Origin: Schmidtea polychroa
Lineage: Eukaryota
Assembly (NCBI GenBank): GCA_044892525.1
Contig: CM097885.1
Location: 41,604,001 to 41,668,000, forward strand
Length of the DNA: 64,000 nt
Direction of reading: 5' to 3'
The position numbers and the translations under genes were made by a program. Positions 25,890-36,635 of this stretch are shown here, piece by piece. The notes beneath the pieces were generated by a model, which worked only from the letters and a program-made list of their open reading frames with translations, was not told the origin of the DNA and searched no databases. How positions within the stretch are numbered: position 1 is the first letter of the stretch; each line of letters opens with the position of its first letter.

Positions 25890-26490
25890 TTAAGAAATGA
25901 TGCGGTATACCAAATTGTTGGTCCAAGCGGTAGCGGGAAAACATTGTTTGTTTGTAAGTTATTAAAATCTCAATTATTCAAATCAAAATTTAATAAAATT
26001 TATTGGCATCGAGGTGCAGATGAAGAACATGAATTGACTCTAGATAATTTCTGTAAGTTGAAAAATATGAAAATAGTAAAGGGATTTGTTAAAAACTGGT
26101 CAAGTCGATTAAAGAAAGGTGATGCCATCATTATCGATGACTTGTTTCAACAAACCAATTAAGAAAATAATTTTAATAACTTATTCACCAAAATCAGTAG
26201 GCATGTTGGTGCTACTGTTATTTTTATAACTCAAAAAACTGTTTTATCAGGGTGTTGCACATCGAACACGTAATTAAAATTTTCAATATTTTATTGATTT
26301 CAAGAATCCTAGAGATGCAGCAGTTGTTGATTTACTTGCAAGACAATCATATTCGAATAACGTAATTTTCTAATTAGGGCATTTCAAGATGCAACAAAAT
26401 TGCCACATATTTCTTGATTTCATACAACAATGTCCTGATGATTTACGTGTAAAAACTGATGTCTACAACAAATAAGGGGTCATTTGAGTA
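25890..26490 (+). pseudogene. Polinton packaging ATPase (A32/FtsK-like)
   Basis: Walker A IVGPSGSGKT, Walker B IIIDDL, FTKISRH...VIFITQ, FKNPRD, LARQ, AFQDAT; stops and frameshifts. Confidence 0.88.
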
Positions 26491-26493
26491 ATA

Positions 26494-27020
26494 ATGTTTT
26501 TTTAAAGAACGAGTAAAAACTTTAGGAAACTTAGAAAAAGTAATGAAAGAATATTAAAATCAAAGTTCCTCCAAAAACTAGTATTACTTCATCTAAAATA
26601 CTAGTAAATAAAAATTTCCCGGCACTGAATATTATTTAAAAAAAATTTAAACCTAACAATAAGAAGAATAAGAAAAAGAAACATGTCAAAACTGTTAATA
26701 ATTATCGGAGTTTCCCGTTTTTCAATGCACTGTTAAAAACACCAAGCATGAAAGGAATGACAATTTTGCATTCATTTCCAAATTTTGCTGTCGATATTAT
26801 ACTCGATATTATACTCAAAGTAGTTAAAGTTAAGATTTAAATCAGTAAATTCAAAAAGCAATTATTGAATAAGCACAAGAAACCTTTGCTATCGTTAGTA
26901 AATAATAAAAATTGTAAACAAATGAGAAAATTTTTATATAAATAACAAGGTGGATTTATTAGGGCATTGATACCATTGGTATTATCATTATTAGGTGAAC
27001 TACTAGGAAATCAATCATAA
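26494..27020 (+). pseudogene. Polinton basic structural protein ending in GGF plus an amphipathic helix
   Basis: Lys-rich ORF remnant ending QGGFIRALIPLVLSLLGELLGNQS*, resembling an adenain GG|F cleavage site; lies between the ATPase and integrase remnants. Confidence 0.5.
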
Positions 27021-27061
27021 ACAATCATTACCTAATTTTTAATTAAAATTTAAATCTTGTA

Positions 27062-27120
27062 ATGGAGAAGATTTGGAAAAACCCCGAAGACGAAGCAGGT
27101 TTTGATGGAGTGCAAAGTAT
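27062..27120 (+). pseudogene. Polinton retroviral-like integrase N-terminus (truncated)
   Basis: MEKIWKNPEDEAGFDGVQS resembles the Y-x-x-P-x-x-x-x-x-F-x-G start of Polinton integrases. Confidence 0.5.
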
Positions 27121-27328
27121 TGTATATAATTGGAACACCGGCTTACCCCACCCATCTAAGGTATTACTAATTTTTCAAATTTTCAAACTAATAGTTTTAA
27201 CATTGAAGTAGGGTGGGGTCTAGAATTGGAACACCGAACTTCAAATCTAAAATTTATTTAATCTAAGCATTGAAGATGTATTGGTGTCTAAAATAGGTGA
27301 GAGTAAGCCGGTGTTCCCATTATATACA
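27121..27328. mobile_element. MITE
   Basis: About 28-bp TIRs tgtatataattggaacaccggcttac / gtaagccggtgttcccattatataca. Confidence 0.7.
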
Positions 27329-28254
27329 CTACTACACTTTATCATATAAAAATATAAAAATTGTGAAATATAAAAATTGAAAAATATAAAAATTTCTAAG
27401 AGATGGCGTTGACTAATTACCTTAAAAATTGTACAGGTGCTAAATCGAGTATGCTAATCAATATTTCGATAAAAAAATTTGAAAAAAATGTGACCGATAT
27501 GGGTTTTGAACCCATTAGTATTTTTGCTATATATACTAAAAAATAAGTTGTTATTGTGTAAATATTTATTGATGAAATTAATAATTAATTATTTTTTTTA
27601 TTTGTAATCTTGATGTCTTGTAATTTAAAGAATAAAAAAAAATTATGAAACAGTAAAACTGCACTGAGAGGACAGTGGTATTTTTTTCCACTGTCCTCTC
27701 AACAGTTTTTTTTTATCCGGATCATTTTTTATTTATCAATTTTAACCTCTTTCGTTTATCGAATCTCTTCCAGACTCATACATCAGAATCAATTTGATAA
27801 TAGCAGCACGCATTATTATTCGCTTCTCATTCGAATACGATTTCATCGGCGTTTTAAGCGTGCTGCTCGAAAGTACAAATGAATTCGAAAGCGAATCCGA
27901 AAGAGGTCCGAAAACAACTACGAAACATTTCGAAATAAATGTGCACATTATGAGATCGATCCGGGGTGTGTTCGAAAGACTGTGGCGATAATTACCGGTT
28001 CGCCACCACACCCCGTTCCAATAATATTTTTTTCACATTTATGTTTAAAAATTAATTAATTAATAAAAAAATAAAATATACAAGATGTATTTCCTAAGAT
28101 ACCCACACTATATATTTTTTTAATATTTATTTTCAATATCATTTTCAAATTTTTAATATTATTTTATGTTGAAAAAAAACTAATTTCAGTTGGGATTTGG
28201 AACCACAATTTATTTGAACCACTGTGCTAGTCTATTCCTACCAGCAATCTTGTT

Positions 28255-29491
28255 TTAAAATGAACAAAAAATAGTTTCAAGGTTATTGGTTGACAAAAGA
28301 AAAATACAAGTGTGTAGAGCAGAGCTCCGCAACCTTTTCTCACCCGCAGCACACCACAAACAAAAATTTTTAAAAATTTACGTGATAAGAAATGCACAAA
28401 CAGAAAATGTATTTTTTTTTATTTGATAAATTTATTATTGCCGTTAACAACTATTTTTTATTTATTACTATAACTAATATGAACAATCACTAATGAGATA
28501 CCTGTAAACTACTATTGTAACTACTATAACTACTAATAACAAATTTTTATGATGTATTTATATTTACATCATAAAAATTTATTGTTCTTAAAAATAAATT
28601 TCTCTAAAATTTCTTGTATTTATTGTTCAGGCTGTAAAACTTGGTAGCACAATATAAGACAATAAATTTAAATGTGAACAACCTGAAATGTAATTTTTTT
28701 AAACCATATTTATTGACCGAATATTTTGTTAACAACGCAATTATTTGTAAACAAGATAGATATAAGCATAACGCACGTGTCCGTCATAAACCCTATATTT
28801 TTTCTCGGGTAGGCATTGCGCCGCGGCACACCTAGCATCACCTCGCGGCACACCGGTTGCGGAGCTCTGGTGTAGAGTATGGATGTTTAAAATTCATAGA
28901 TTCATTAAATTTCTTTTTATCAAGTTTAGATTCAATTGCACAAACAATGAAATTTGATCAAGATTCATTAATAAATCAAGACTTGTTAACAATTCAAGAT
29001 TTTAAACACACTATAGAGCATGTTTTAATTAAATATAATATTCCAATAGAAGAATACCAAACTTGTTTAGCTAAAGGAATATATCCATATGATTATATGG
29101 ATTCATTTGATAAATATCTCGAAACAGAATTACCACCTCATGAAGAATTTTATTCAGTCTTGTATCAATCAACAATTTCAGAACAAGAGAATTCAAGAGC
29201 TAGAAAAATGTGGGAATTATTAAAAATGAGCAAGATTTCGAGATAATAAAAGAATATTTAAATAATCCATGTGAAATTTTATACATTGATGCAACAGCTT
29301 TATATTCTGGAATTATGACTCAATATTTACCAATTGATTCCTTCAAATGGCAAGAACCAACAGATGAATTTATCAACAATATATTAAACACTCCAAAAGA
29401 TTCAAACATTGGATATTTTCTAGAAGTTGATTTAGAATATCCAAACAATATAAAACACAAAACAAAATATTTTCCATTTGCACCACTTTAA
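28255..29491 (+). pseudogene. Protein-primed PolB remnant (a different Polinton-like copy)
   Basis: KEKYKCVE|YGCLKFIDSLNF, KGIYPYDYMDS, LPPHEEFYS, ILYIDATALYSGIMTQYLP, GYFLEVDLEYP; split by a hAT MITE and internally deleted. Confidence 0.85.
28320..28869. mobile_element. hAT MITE
   Basis: Perfect 15-bp TIR CAGAGCTCCGCAACC; 8-bp TSD GTGTAGAG (28312-19, 28870-77). Confidence 0.92.
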
Positions 29492-29552
29492 TCGTGTCAA
29501 ATTTTCAACAATTTTTCTTATAAAATCGAATTAAATACCAATTTGTATTCAG

Positions 29553-29765
29553 AATCAGATGATGATAATGAAGAGCCTTTGGCTGTCATTAGAGGTACTT
29601 GGTTTCACAACGACAGTCACTTGCCGTTGGAAACTGAACTTTTGTCAAATGCAATTGAAGATCAACATCTAAAATTATTTGGTACATGTGACGATAAAAA
29701 GAAAAAGAAAGAAACGAACTTTGTAGGAAAAGTAGCGCATAAATTATCTAAGCAATTAAAATTAA
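29553..29765 (+). CDS. DDHD1: DDHD1-like phospholipase A1, exon 3
   Basis: AVIRGTWFHNDSHLPLE...IEDQHL matches DDHD1 VMRGQWF...PLE...IEQEHL; CAG acceptor and GTAAGT donor, phase 1/1. Confidence 0.85.
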
Positions 29766-30362
29766 GTAAGTGATTGCAATTAATGAACTATAATTTTTTA
29801 GACCATTTAATCACTTTCGAATATAACCATCTCAGAATATCTTAGAAAAAATTGAATATTTTAAAAAAATAAGAGCTTATACATAATTATTTTTCAAAGT
29901 TGAAATTATTTAAATTAAATTCAAATTTTTATTTCACTAAATAGATGGAGATTCAGACAGTTATTATAAATACCTTATTAAAAACCATGAAATTCTTCAT
30001 CACTTGTACTAAAATTATGACTATCTAATGTGTGGAGTTTAGCTTTTCTAAAGGTATTTGATGTGACCTTATTCAATGCATCACGAATTCAATTGCAGAC
30101 TTCAACATATAGTGAGCGTCTCATTTTCCTTGTTTTTATGAACGTAAAGGCTGATCATGGTTGACTTATTAATCCAACCTCTAGTTGGAACGGTTATGAT
30201 AATTCTTTTTGGAAATGTACCTTTATTATTAGTGTTCTCTTGAAGATAACTATTGGTTGGTATGTCCCACTATCTGTCGTGCAACACAGATTAAATTTAA
30301 AGAGATAAAGTTTAAATAGATTAAGTAGTAAGTTTAAATAAAATGCAAGTAAATAGTAGACC

Positions 30363-31110
30363 AGTAGAGACAAGTGTGCTCCATGACTCATCGTTTTTTG
30401 TCATTTTTTTGCACTACCCCCCGGATGACTCAGCGCAAAACAAAGACATATGACTCATCGATGACTCATCCATAGCAACAGTGGTAACTGGGGCAAGGTC
30501 ATATGACTCATCCATAGCAACGGCTGCAACTAGGTCAAGGTCATTCTATTTTTAGTAACAAGGTCACATGACGACATCGATGACTCATCAAGGTCATTCT
30601 ATTTTTAGTAACAAGGTCACATGACGTCATCGATGACTCGTCAAGGTCATTCTATTTTTAGTAACAAGGTCATATGACTCATCATTTTTGGAACAAAGCC
30701 AACTGACTCATTATTAAAGTATGTATGACTCATCATTTTTTAAACAAAGACATATTTAATATTTAAATAAATACATTTAAACAAATATTTAAACAAAGAC
30801 ATTTAATCAAATATTTAAACAATGACATGTAAACAAATATTTAAATAAATACATTTAAACAAATATTTAAACAAAGACATTTAATCAAATATTTAAATAA
30901 TGACATGTAAACAAATATTTAAATAAATACATTTAAACAAAGACATATAGACAAAGATTCATCGATGACTCATAGTTTAAATAAGGAGTTATTATTTTTT
31001 TGTGCACTAGCCCCCCCCCCCTGTATGACTCATCGATGACTTTTTTGAACAAAGACCAATCATTTATTTTTAAAACAAAGACTCATCACACGACTCTAAT
31101 TTTTAGAACA
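30363..31110 (+). repeat. Polinton left TIR with AP-1 and CAAGGTCA motif arrays
   Basis: Reverse complement of 38780-39559 except for a ~200-bp middle block. Confidence 0.92.
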
Positions 31111-31208
31111 GACTTCTTTTTTGGAAAACCAAAATTTATTGTATGTCACTACAGAATAATAATTATGATAATAAGTAATATTAATAATAATATATAATAA
31201 TAGGTAAT

Positions 31209-31253
<45 letters not shown>

Positions 31254-31279
31254 TATTATTATTATTATTACCGAAATGA

Positions 31280-34200
31280 TCAGTAATCTTCTCCGTCAAA
31301 ATTGTCGTCATCATCATATATAAAAGTGTCCCTTATCCGATAATGCCCATATGCCAAACTCTTGTTTTTCGATTTCCAATACCGCTTGTCATCTCTATTT
31401 GTCAGCGCCTTCTTAATGTTTTTTATGCTGTACAATTGATGATTTTTGGATGCAATGCGGAATTGTGGCACAGAGTAAACCTTATTGTTAAAATAACAAT
31501 CACGATAGGAATTGTAATCTAAGCCAGTATCTTTCAACGTGACAGATTTTGCTTTAAGAGTTTCTTTATCACCTAATAAGCTGTAACACTTGGGACGAAG
31601 AAACACCCACTCCTTATATCTCAATCCTTTATTCTCGTCTTTGAATTTTCCAATGACGGAATCTAGTGCTCTACTATATAAAGGATGTTGTGGGTTATAA
31701 TTAGATGTGTCAAGCAAGGAGTCACGAATCATGGCAGGTAAGAGAATGTCAAGACTACAATGTTTAATTTCCAAAAAGAAAGAGTCTGTATCACTAGCTA
31801 CTATATTAATTTGACAGTTAAACTCATCGCGATATTTTTGCAATTCATTATACTGCAACTGATACATTCTCAGTTTAGAAAGATCAAGTACAGTTTGCCC
31901 GATGTAGCTGGGCCTATCTAAACATACAGACTCTTTCCTAAGCAAAACCGAAATCAAATCATCGTCTATCCTAGTAGATTTCTTAAATGCCGGTTTTGAG
32001 GCATATGTGATAAGTTTTTGTGCGGAATTGCACAGTCGTAAGTTAATACGTTTTTTCAAGTTCCTAACAGTTTTTCCATCCAAAATGTTATTGAGCAACT
32101 TGTAATAGTCTTTATCGAGCGGTGTTATGGATGCGGCTCGTAGTTGTGTGTTGGTATCTATGTATTTCTTGAAGACAGTGCTTTGTGTATACCTAATAGC
32201 CCTATGTACCTTGGTAACAACAACACCTAACTGAAGAAAGATTTGGAGAAGTCGCCAATGTAGAACATAGTGTGTTTTCGGATCGTGTGTAAGTAGCAAC
32301 TTCTCCACTTTAGAAAAAGGTGGGCACATCTTACCAGGAGCTACCGGAAAATCATCTAGTTTGTCATGGATAGATTTCGGTATTTTTAAATCTACTTCTA
32401 TAGTATAGCCATAATCAAGTTGATTTAAATCTGCCGTTGTGCACTCAATTAATAATCTCTCTAAAGCAATGTCATCAGTCACCCATTCAAAACCACCGTC
32501 GGGAAGCTTTTGTGATAAAGCCCATCCATACAGGTTGTTGATGTCAATATACAACAACTCTGTATTTTCATCACTACTAACAAAATGTTTATTCACAAAC
32601 GTTATCCCACCTCTAATCCCACCTTCAAAGAAATTATACATTTCCATGTCGGTGAGAAGCTCAATCGGTTTATCAAGACTTAACAAAGCAGAACTCCAAG
32701 AAAGACTGGGGATACCTAGGAAATTCAAAGGCTCAAGCCTATTATGAGCAATACTCTTAGCTCGGAATTGCTGAAAAAAGTCAGCCAACAGAAATACGTC
32801 TAATTTCAAATAGACCATCATATAATCCAAAAGGGAATTACATGATGTCTCTTGCCAGATTAGTTTTGCTTTATTGTATTCATCATCGGATACATCACTC
32901 CATTTAGGGGGCAATTCTAATGTAGAAATTAATACATCAAGGGAAGTTGCTACATCATAAGGGAAAATCCCTTTACTCTTAATAATAGACCCTCTAAACT
33001 CAGATTCTGTCAAAGGTAATGTGTTAAGGGTTGAGACAGCATTTTTCAAAGACGAATTTACAAACTGACAAGAATCTATAAATTTCACAGTCAGGGAATC
33101 AATATGCACAAAAAGAGATAAAAAATTTTCACTTGTCACCGGTATACAAGAAATATGCCAGGACTTATATTTAGCCAAGCCAAATTTGAGGATATGATGG
33201 AGATCATATCCTCTCAAATTATGAAAGACTACAGGTAGTGTGTGGTATATTTTCCTGGAAAGATTACAAGTGTTGCAAGCAGCACCAAGGAATTGACCGA
33301 TAAAGTGATCATGATCCCTGACTGGTTTAACTAATAATTTTTTACACAAATGACAGTTTGTGCTGTTATTAAAATTAATTTGGTCATTTTCTGTGAATAT
33401 CATTTTCTTATTTTTATTTTTATAATAATAGGGAGTTACAATCTTTTTAGCGATATCATTAATTTCTTTTAAAAATTCGTCTATACAAGAAAGGCCTATG
33501 AATGATTTATAAAATTTTGCGCCTGTATAATTATTTATACATAAAAGTCCAGCCGAAATGGGTAAATGTTTCTGATAATATTTAGAATCTTTAGGAAGGA
33601 TTGCCTCAAAATCGGCATAAATAACAAAAGGAGGAGTAATCATTTTACTATAGTCTGTAAATTCTAATAATGGATCTTTGGGTAGTGTGTACATTGTGGT
33701 TCCTAATTGGTTTCGTTCGCAAAGACCTTGATGTTTAATAAAACTATCTTCAAATCTGAATCCATTCAGACATCTAGGACACCACTTACAGTAAATACGA
33801 ACAGAACTTATTGATGAATTTCGGCAATTAAGAAAGATGTTTAAATCAGATATAGCGACGTAATGGTAGGTTTTCCGATTCTGTAATAATAACAAATTTA
33901 GACAAGTACCTCCTACTATTTTACTGCGGTAAATTATATCTATAAAAGGATGTTTCATGATGGGACCCGAAATTAACCCAGTTTCGTCATAACTTAAAAC
34001 ATTAATTGAATAACCTGGGTTTTGTCGTTCAAATTTTGAGATATTTGATAATTTCATTGGCATATCTGCCGGGTTATATATCAGATCTGAAAGGTTATAA
34101 GAACTAGGCAGATGACGCAATTCATCAGGAGTACTATCATATTTTATAAGAGCCAAAACCGAGTAAAGGAAACAAAATTTGTCATCATTATTTACATTTA

Positions 34201-35155
34201 TTATACATTTTTTCCTGATTAATGTTTTCGGGGTTTCAATATATTTACGACCACTCAACCTACTAATCTTTGAATATTTTGTCACAATAAAACTAATGTA
34301 TTCTATTTTGTTGATGGTCCAATTACTTCCCTTTTCATTTATTTTACTAATTTTTTCATTTAAAAGAGAGATACCATCATCAATAAATGTGTCGCTCCAT
34401 ACACGAGCAGAGTTTGAGATTATGAAAGACTGAAATTCATCATTTTTCTCAAACTCTACTTTAATACAAAATTGAATTTTTACTGATTTCATTTTATTTA
34501 CAATTTCTAACAATTTTTCTATGAGAACGTCAGGAACAGAAAGAATTTTACAATTCAAGGAAGATATATCCAACTTAACTATTACATGGGAACTATTCAG
34601 GTCGGAAACTACGTCGACTATACCACTACCTACTTGGGGTACAACATCACTATTTTCAAATTCACTATTTACAACTTCACTATTTACAACTTCACTATTT
34701 ACAACTTCACTATTTACAACATCATCGTCGTCATCACTAATGACTATTATTTCTTTCATCTTTTTTGTGGGAATTTCTTTCATCTTTTTTGTGGAAATTT
34801 CTAAATGTCTTTTATTACCTATTATTCCTATTAATCTATTGACTGTTTCCATTAATTGTCGATTTTGTATCAACATGGCATTAATCATACTTTTGTTGGT
34901 GGTCCTATTATTGATTTTTGTTGATGTTTCCATTAATTGTCGATTTTGTAAGTTTTCGGTGTTCCTATTATTAGTTGATGATATATATTTTTGATACGCA
35001 ATTTTGAAAACTGATTTTTTAGAAGGCATATATTGGGTTAAATGATTACGATGTTTATCATAAAATTCGGTATATGTCGATGTTTCAAGAGTTTGGCATG
35101 TAGGACATAACAAGTATGTTACACTTTTATATTCATGACGATAATATTTTTCCAT
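31280..35155 (-). CDS. Protein-primed family B DNA polymerase (Polinton pPolB), 1291 aa
   Basis: Exonuclease motifs YADFEA, FHNLRGYD and YLKLDV; EndoVII-like CHLC...RDHDH...ACNTCN; polymerase motifs YIDINNLYG, KLLNN, DTDS, GKFKDE and LRPKCYS. Confidence 0.96.
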   Translation of the reverse strand: MEKYYRHEYKSVTYLLCPTCQTLETSTYTEFYDKHRNHLTQYMPSKKSVFKIAYQKYISSTNNRNTENLQNRQLMETSTKINNRTTNKSMINAMLIQNRQLMETVNRLIGIIGNKRHLEISTKKMKEIPTKKMKEIIVISDDDDDVVNSEVVNSEVVNSEVVNSEFENSDVVPQVGSGIVDVVSDLNSSHVIVKLDISSLNCKILSVPDVLIEKLLEIVNKMKSVKIQFCIKVEFEKNDEFQSFIISNSARVWSDTFIDDGISLLNEKISKINEKGSNWTINKIEYISFIVTKYSKISRLSGRKYIETPKTLIRKKCIINVNNDDKFCFLYSVLALIKYDSTPDELRHLPSSYNLSDLIYNPADMPMKLSNISKFERQNPGYSINVLSYDETGLISGPIMKHPFIDIIYRSKIVGGTCLNLLLLQNRKTYHYVAISDLNIFLNCRNSSISSVRIYCKWCPRCLNGFRFEDSFIKHQGLCERNQLGTTMYTLPKDPLLEFTDYSKMITPPFVIYADFEAILPKDSKYYQKHLPISAGLLCINNYTGAKFYKSFIGLSCIDEFLKEINDIAKKIVTPYYYKNKNKKMIFTENDQINFNNSTNCHLCKKLLVKPVRDHDHFIGQFLGAACNTCNLSRKIYHTLPVVFHNLRGYDLHHILKFGLAKYKSWHISCIPVTSENFLSLFVHIDSLTVKFIDSCQFVNSSLKNAVSTLNTLPLTESEFRGSIIKSKGIFPYDVATSLDVLISTLELPPKWSDVSDDEYNKAKLIWQETSCNSLLDYMMVYLKLDVFLLADFFQQFRAKSIAHNRLEPLNFLGIPSLSWSSALLSLDKPIELLTDMEMYNFFEGGIRGGITFVNKHFVSSDENTELLYIDINNLYGWALSQKLPDGGFEWVTDDIALERLLIECTTADLNQLDYGYTIEVDLKIPKSIHDKLDDFPVAPGKMCPPFSKVEKLLLTHDPKTHYVLHWRLLQIFLQLGVVVTKVHRAIRYTQSTVFKKYIDTNTQLRAASITPLDKDYYKLLNNILDGKTVRNLKKRINLRLCNSAQKLITYASKPAFKKSTRIDDDLISVLLRKESVCLDRPSYIGQTVLDLSKLRMYQLQYNELQKYRDEFNCQINIVASDTDSFFLEIKHCSLDILLPAMIRDSLLDTSNYNPQHPLYSRALDSVIGKFKDENKGLRYKEWVFLRPKCYSLLGDKETLKAKSVTLKDTGLDYNSYRDCYFNNKVYSVPQFRIASKNHQLYSIKNIKKALTNRDDKRYWKSKNKSLAYGHYRIRDTFIYDDDDNFDGEDY

Positions 35156-35859
35156 AATATCGTCACAGTCATGATGTGTAGCACTGTTACAAAAGGTTGG
35201 ATATTTATAACCTATAAAATAGTATTATTATCAAAATTATTATTATTATTATTATTATCAAAATTATTATTATTTATTATTACTATATAATCTGAGTTTA
35301 TACGACAAAATATTCTGTCCCTCCCTTGCTCACAAGTGTATTATATTTAAAGTTATTTTAATTACATAAAAACATATTCATTTTCTTTATAAAAATTAAT
35401 TTCATTATTTGTTTCATAACAAAATTGACTTCATACATTTTATAACAAAATTGACTTCATATTAATTTAAAAAATCATAATAATTTAAAGTAAATTAATT
35501 TAAAAATCATAATAATTTAAAGCATATTAATTTTAAAATTTTAAAAAACCTACATTTAGGTTTCTTGCACGCGAGATTGTGTACAGCATTAATTACTAAA
35601 AAATCATAATAATAATAATAATTTAAAAATTAAATTTACCATAATTTCCGGAAACATTATTTTCAATTTCATTACTTGTTGAAAAATTATAAGTTCCCGA
35701 AACATTATTTTCATTAATGTTGACTAAAATATAAATAAAAATAGAAACATATTAATAAAAAATTACCCATACGATTTCTTTGAATCATTTCCTTGATTTC
35801 ATTTGAAATATTTTGCATTTTGAATAAATGAAAAAGAATTACAAAAACATAGATTATAT

Positions 35860-35990
35860 ATGTAACATTTATCCAATCAAAATGCAGATAGGATAGAAAA
35901 AATTAACGCACACATATTCATGTCTTTGTTTAAAAAAGAATGAGTCATCGATGACTCACATAGTAACAAATAATGTCTTTGTTACTCACA
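35860..35990 (-). promoter_or_regulatory. Internal inverted-repeat module (AP-1 palindrome plus CCAAT), copy 1
   Basis: TGAGTCATCGATGACTCA and CCAATC; near reverse complement of 38286-38410. Confidence 0.55.
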
Positions 35991-36049
35991 TAAAGACATG
36001 CAATACAAGTGCATGACATTTGTTGATATGAATAATAAAATTAATTAAT

Positions 36050-36058
36050 AATTATAAT

Positions 36059-36155
<97 letters not shown>

Positions 36156-36198
36156 TAATAATAATTATAATAATTATAATAATTATAATAATAATAAA
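36050..36198. repeat. (AAT)n microsatellite inside the Polinton
   Basis: Direct inspection. Confidence 0.95.
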
Positions 36199-36220
36199 CT
36201 TGTGACATTTAATACATTTA

Positions 36221-36605
36221 TTAAACAAAATTATACATTGATAACAACCATGCAAGGCAATGTTGGCCACAAGTAATTGAAAATGGATTTTGATACCGAG
36301 TTCGATTATATACAATAGGTTTACCAATAGTTTGCAATTTACTAATTAATAAATTTGGGTAATAATATCCAAAGGGATCGAATGCATATACTCGGTTTGG
36401 TTTCACATATACAGCAATCCAATGTTCACCTCCTAAACTAGATGTATGAGCATTGACGATTATGGCTTGATTATTTCTCAAATATGGAATTTTATCCAGT
36501 GGATAAACTCCAAGAAATTGGTTTCCCAATAATTGAGTACCAATTCGAGACACCTGAATAGAACTAATCAATAAGTTAAATTATAAAATAAAAATCTTAC
36601 TCCAT
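36221..36605 (-). CDS. Adenain-like (adenoviral) cysteine protease with a probable 37-nt intron
   Basis: FLGVYP, GEHW, FDPFG and YQ...TCGQHC catalytic H/D/Q/C; ATG GA|gtaag...ttaac...tag|T TCT gives MDSIQVSR. Confidence 0.9.
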
Positions 36606-36635
36606 AAAAAACTTTAATCTTTTAAATTTCTTCAT

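Larger units (their letters stand above)
24035..27120 (+). mobile_element. Decayed Polinton/Maverick remnant (TIR-like start, ATPase, GGF-motif ORF, integrase start)
   Basis: AGT-starting end with atgtaggtcaa repeats, followed by the viral ORF remnants listed separately; boundaries are approximate. Confidence 0.55.

Noticed and set aside
32439..34994. Plus-strand ORFs within pPolB
   Set aside because: They are antisense shadows of the polymerase ORF
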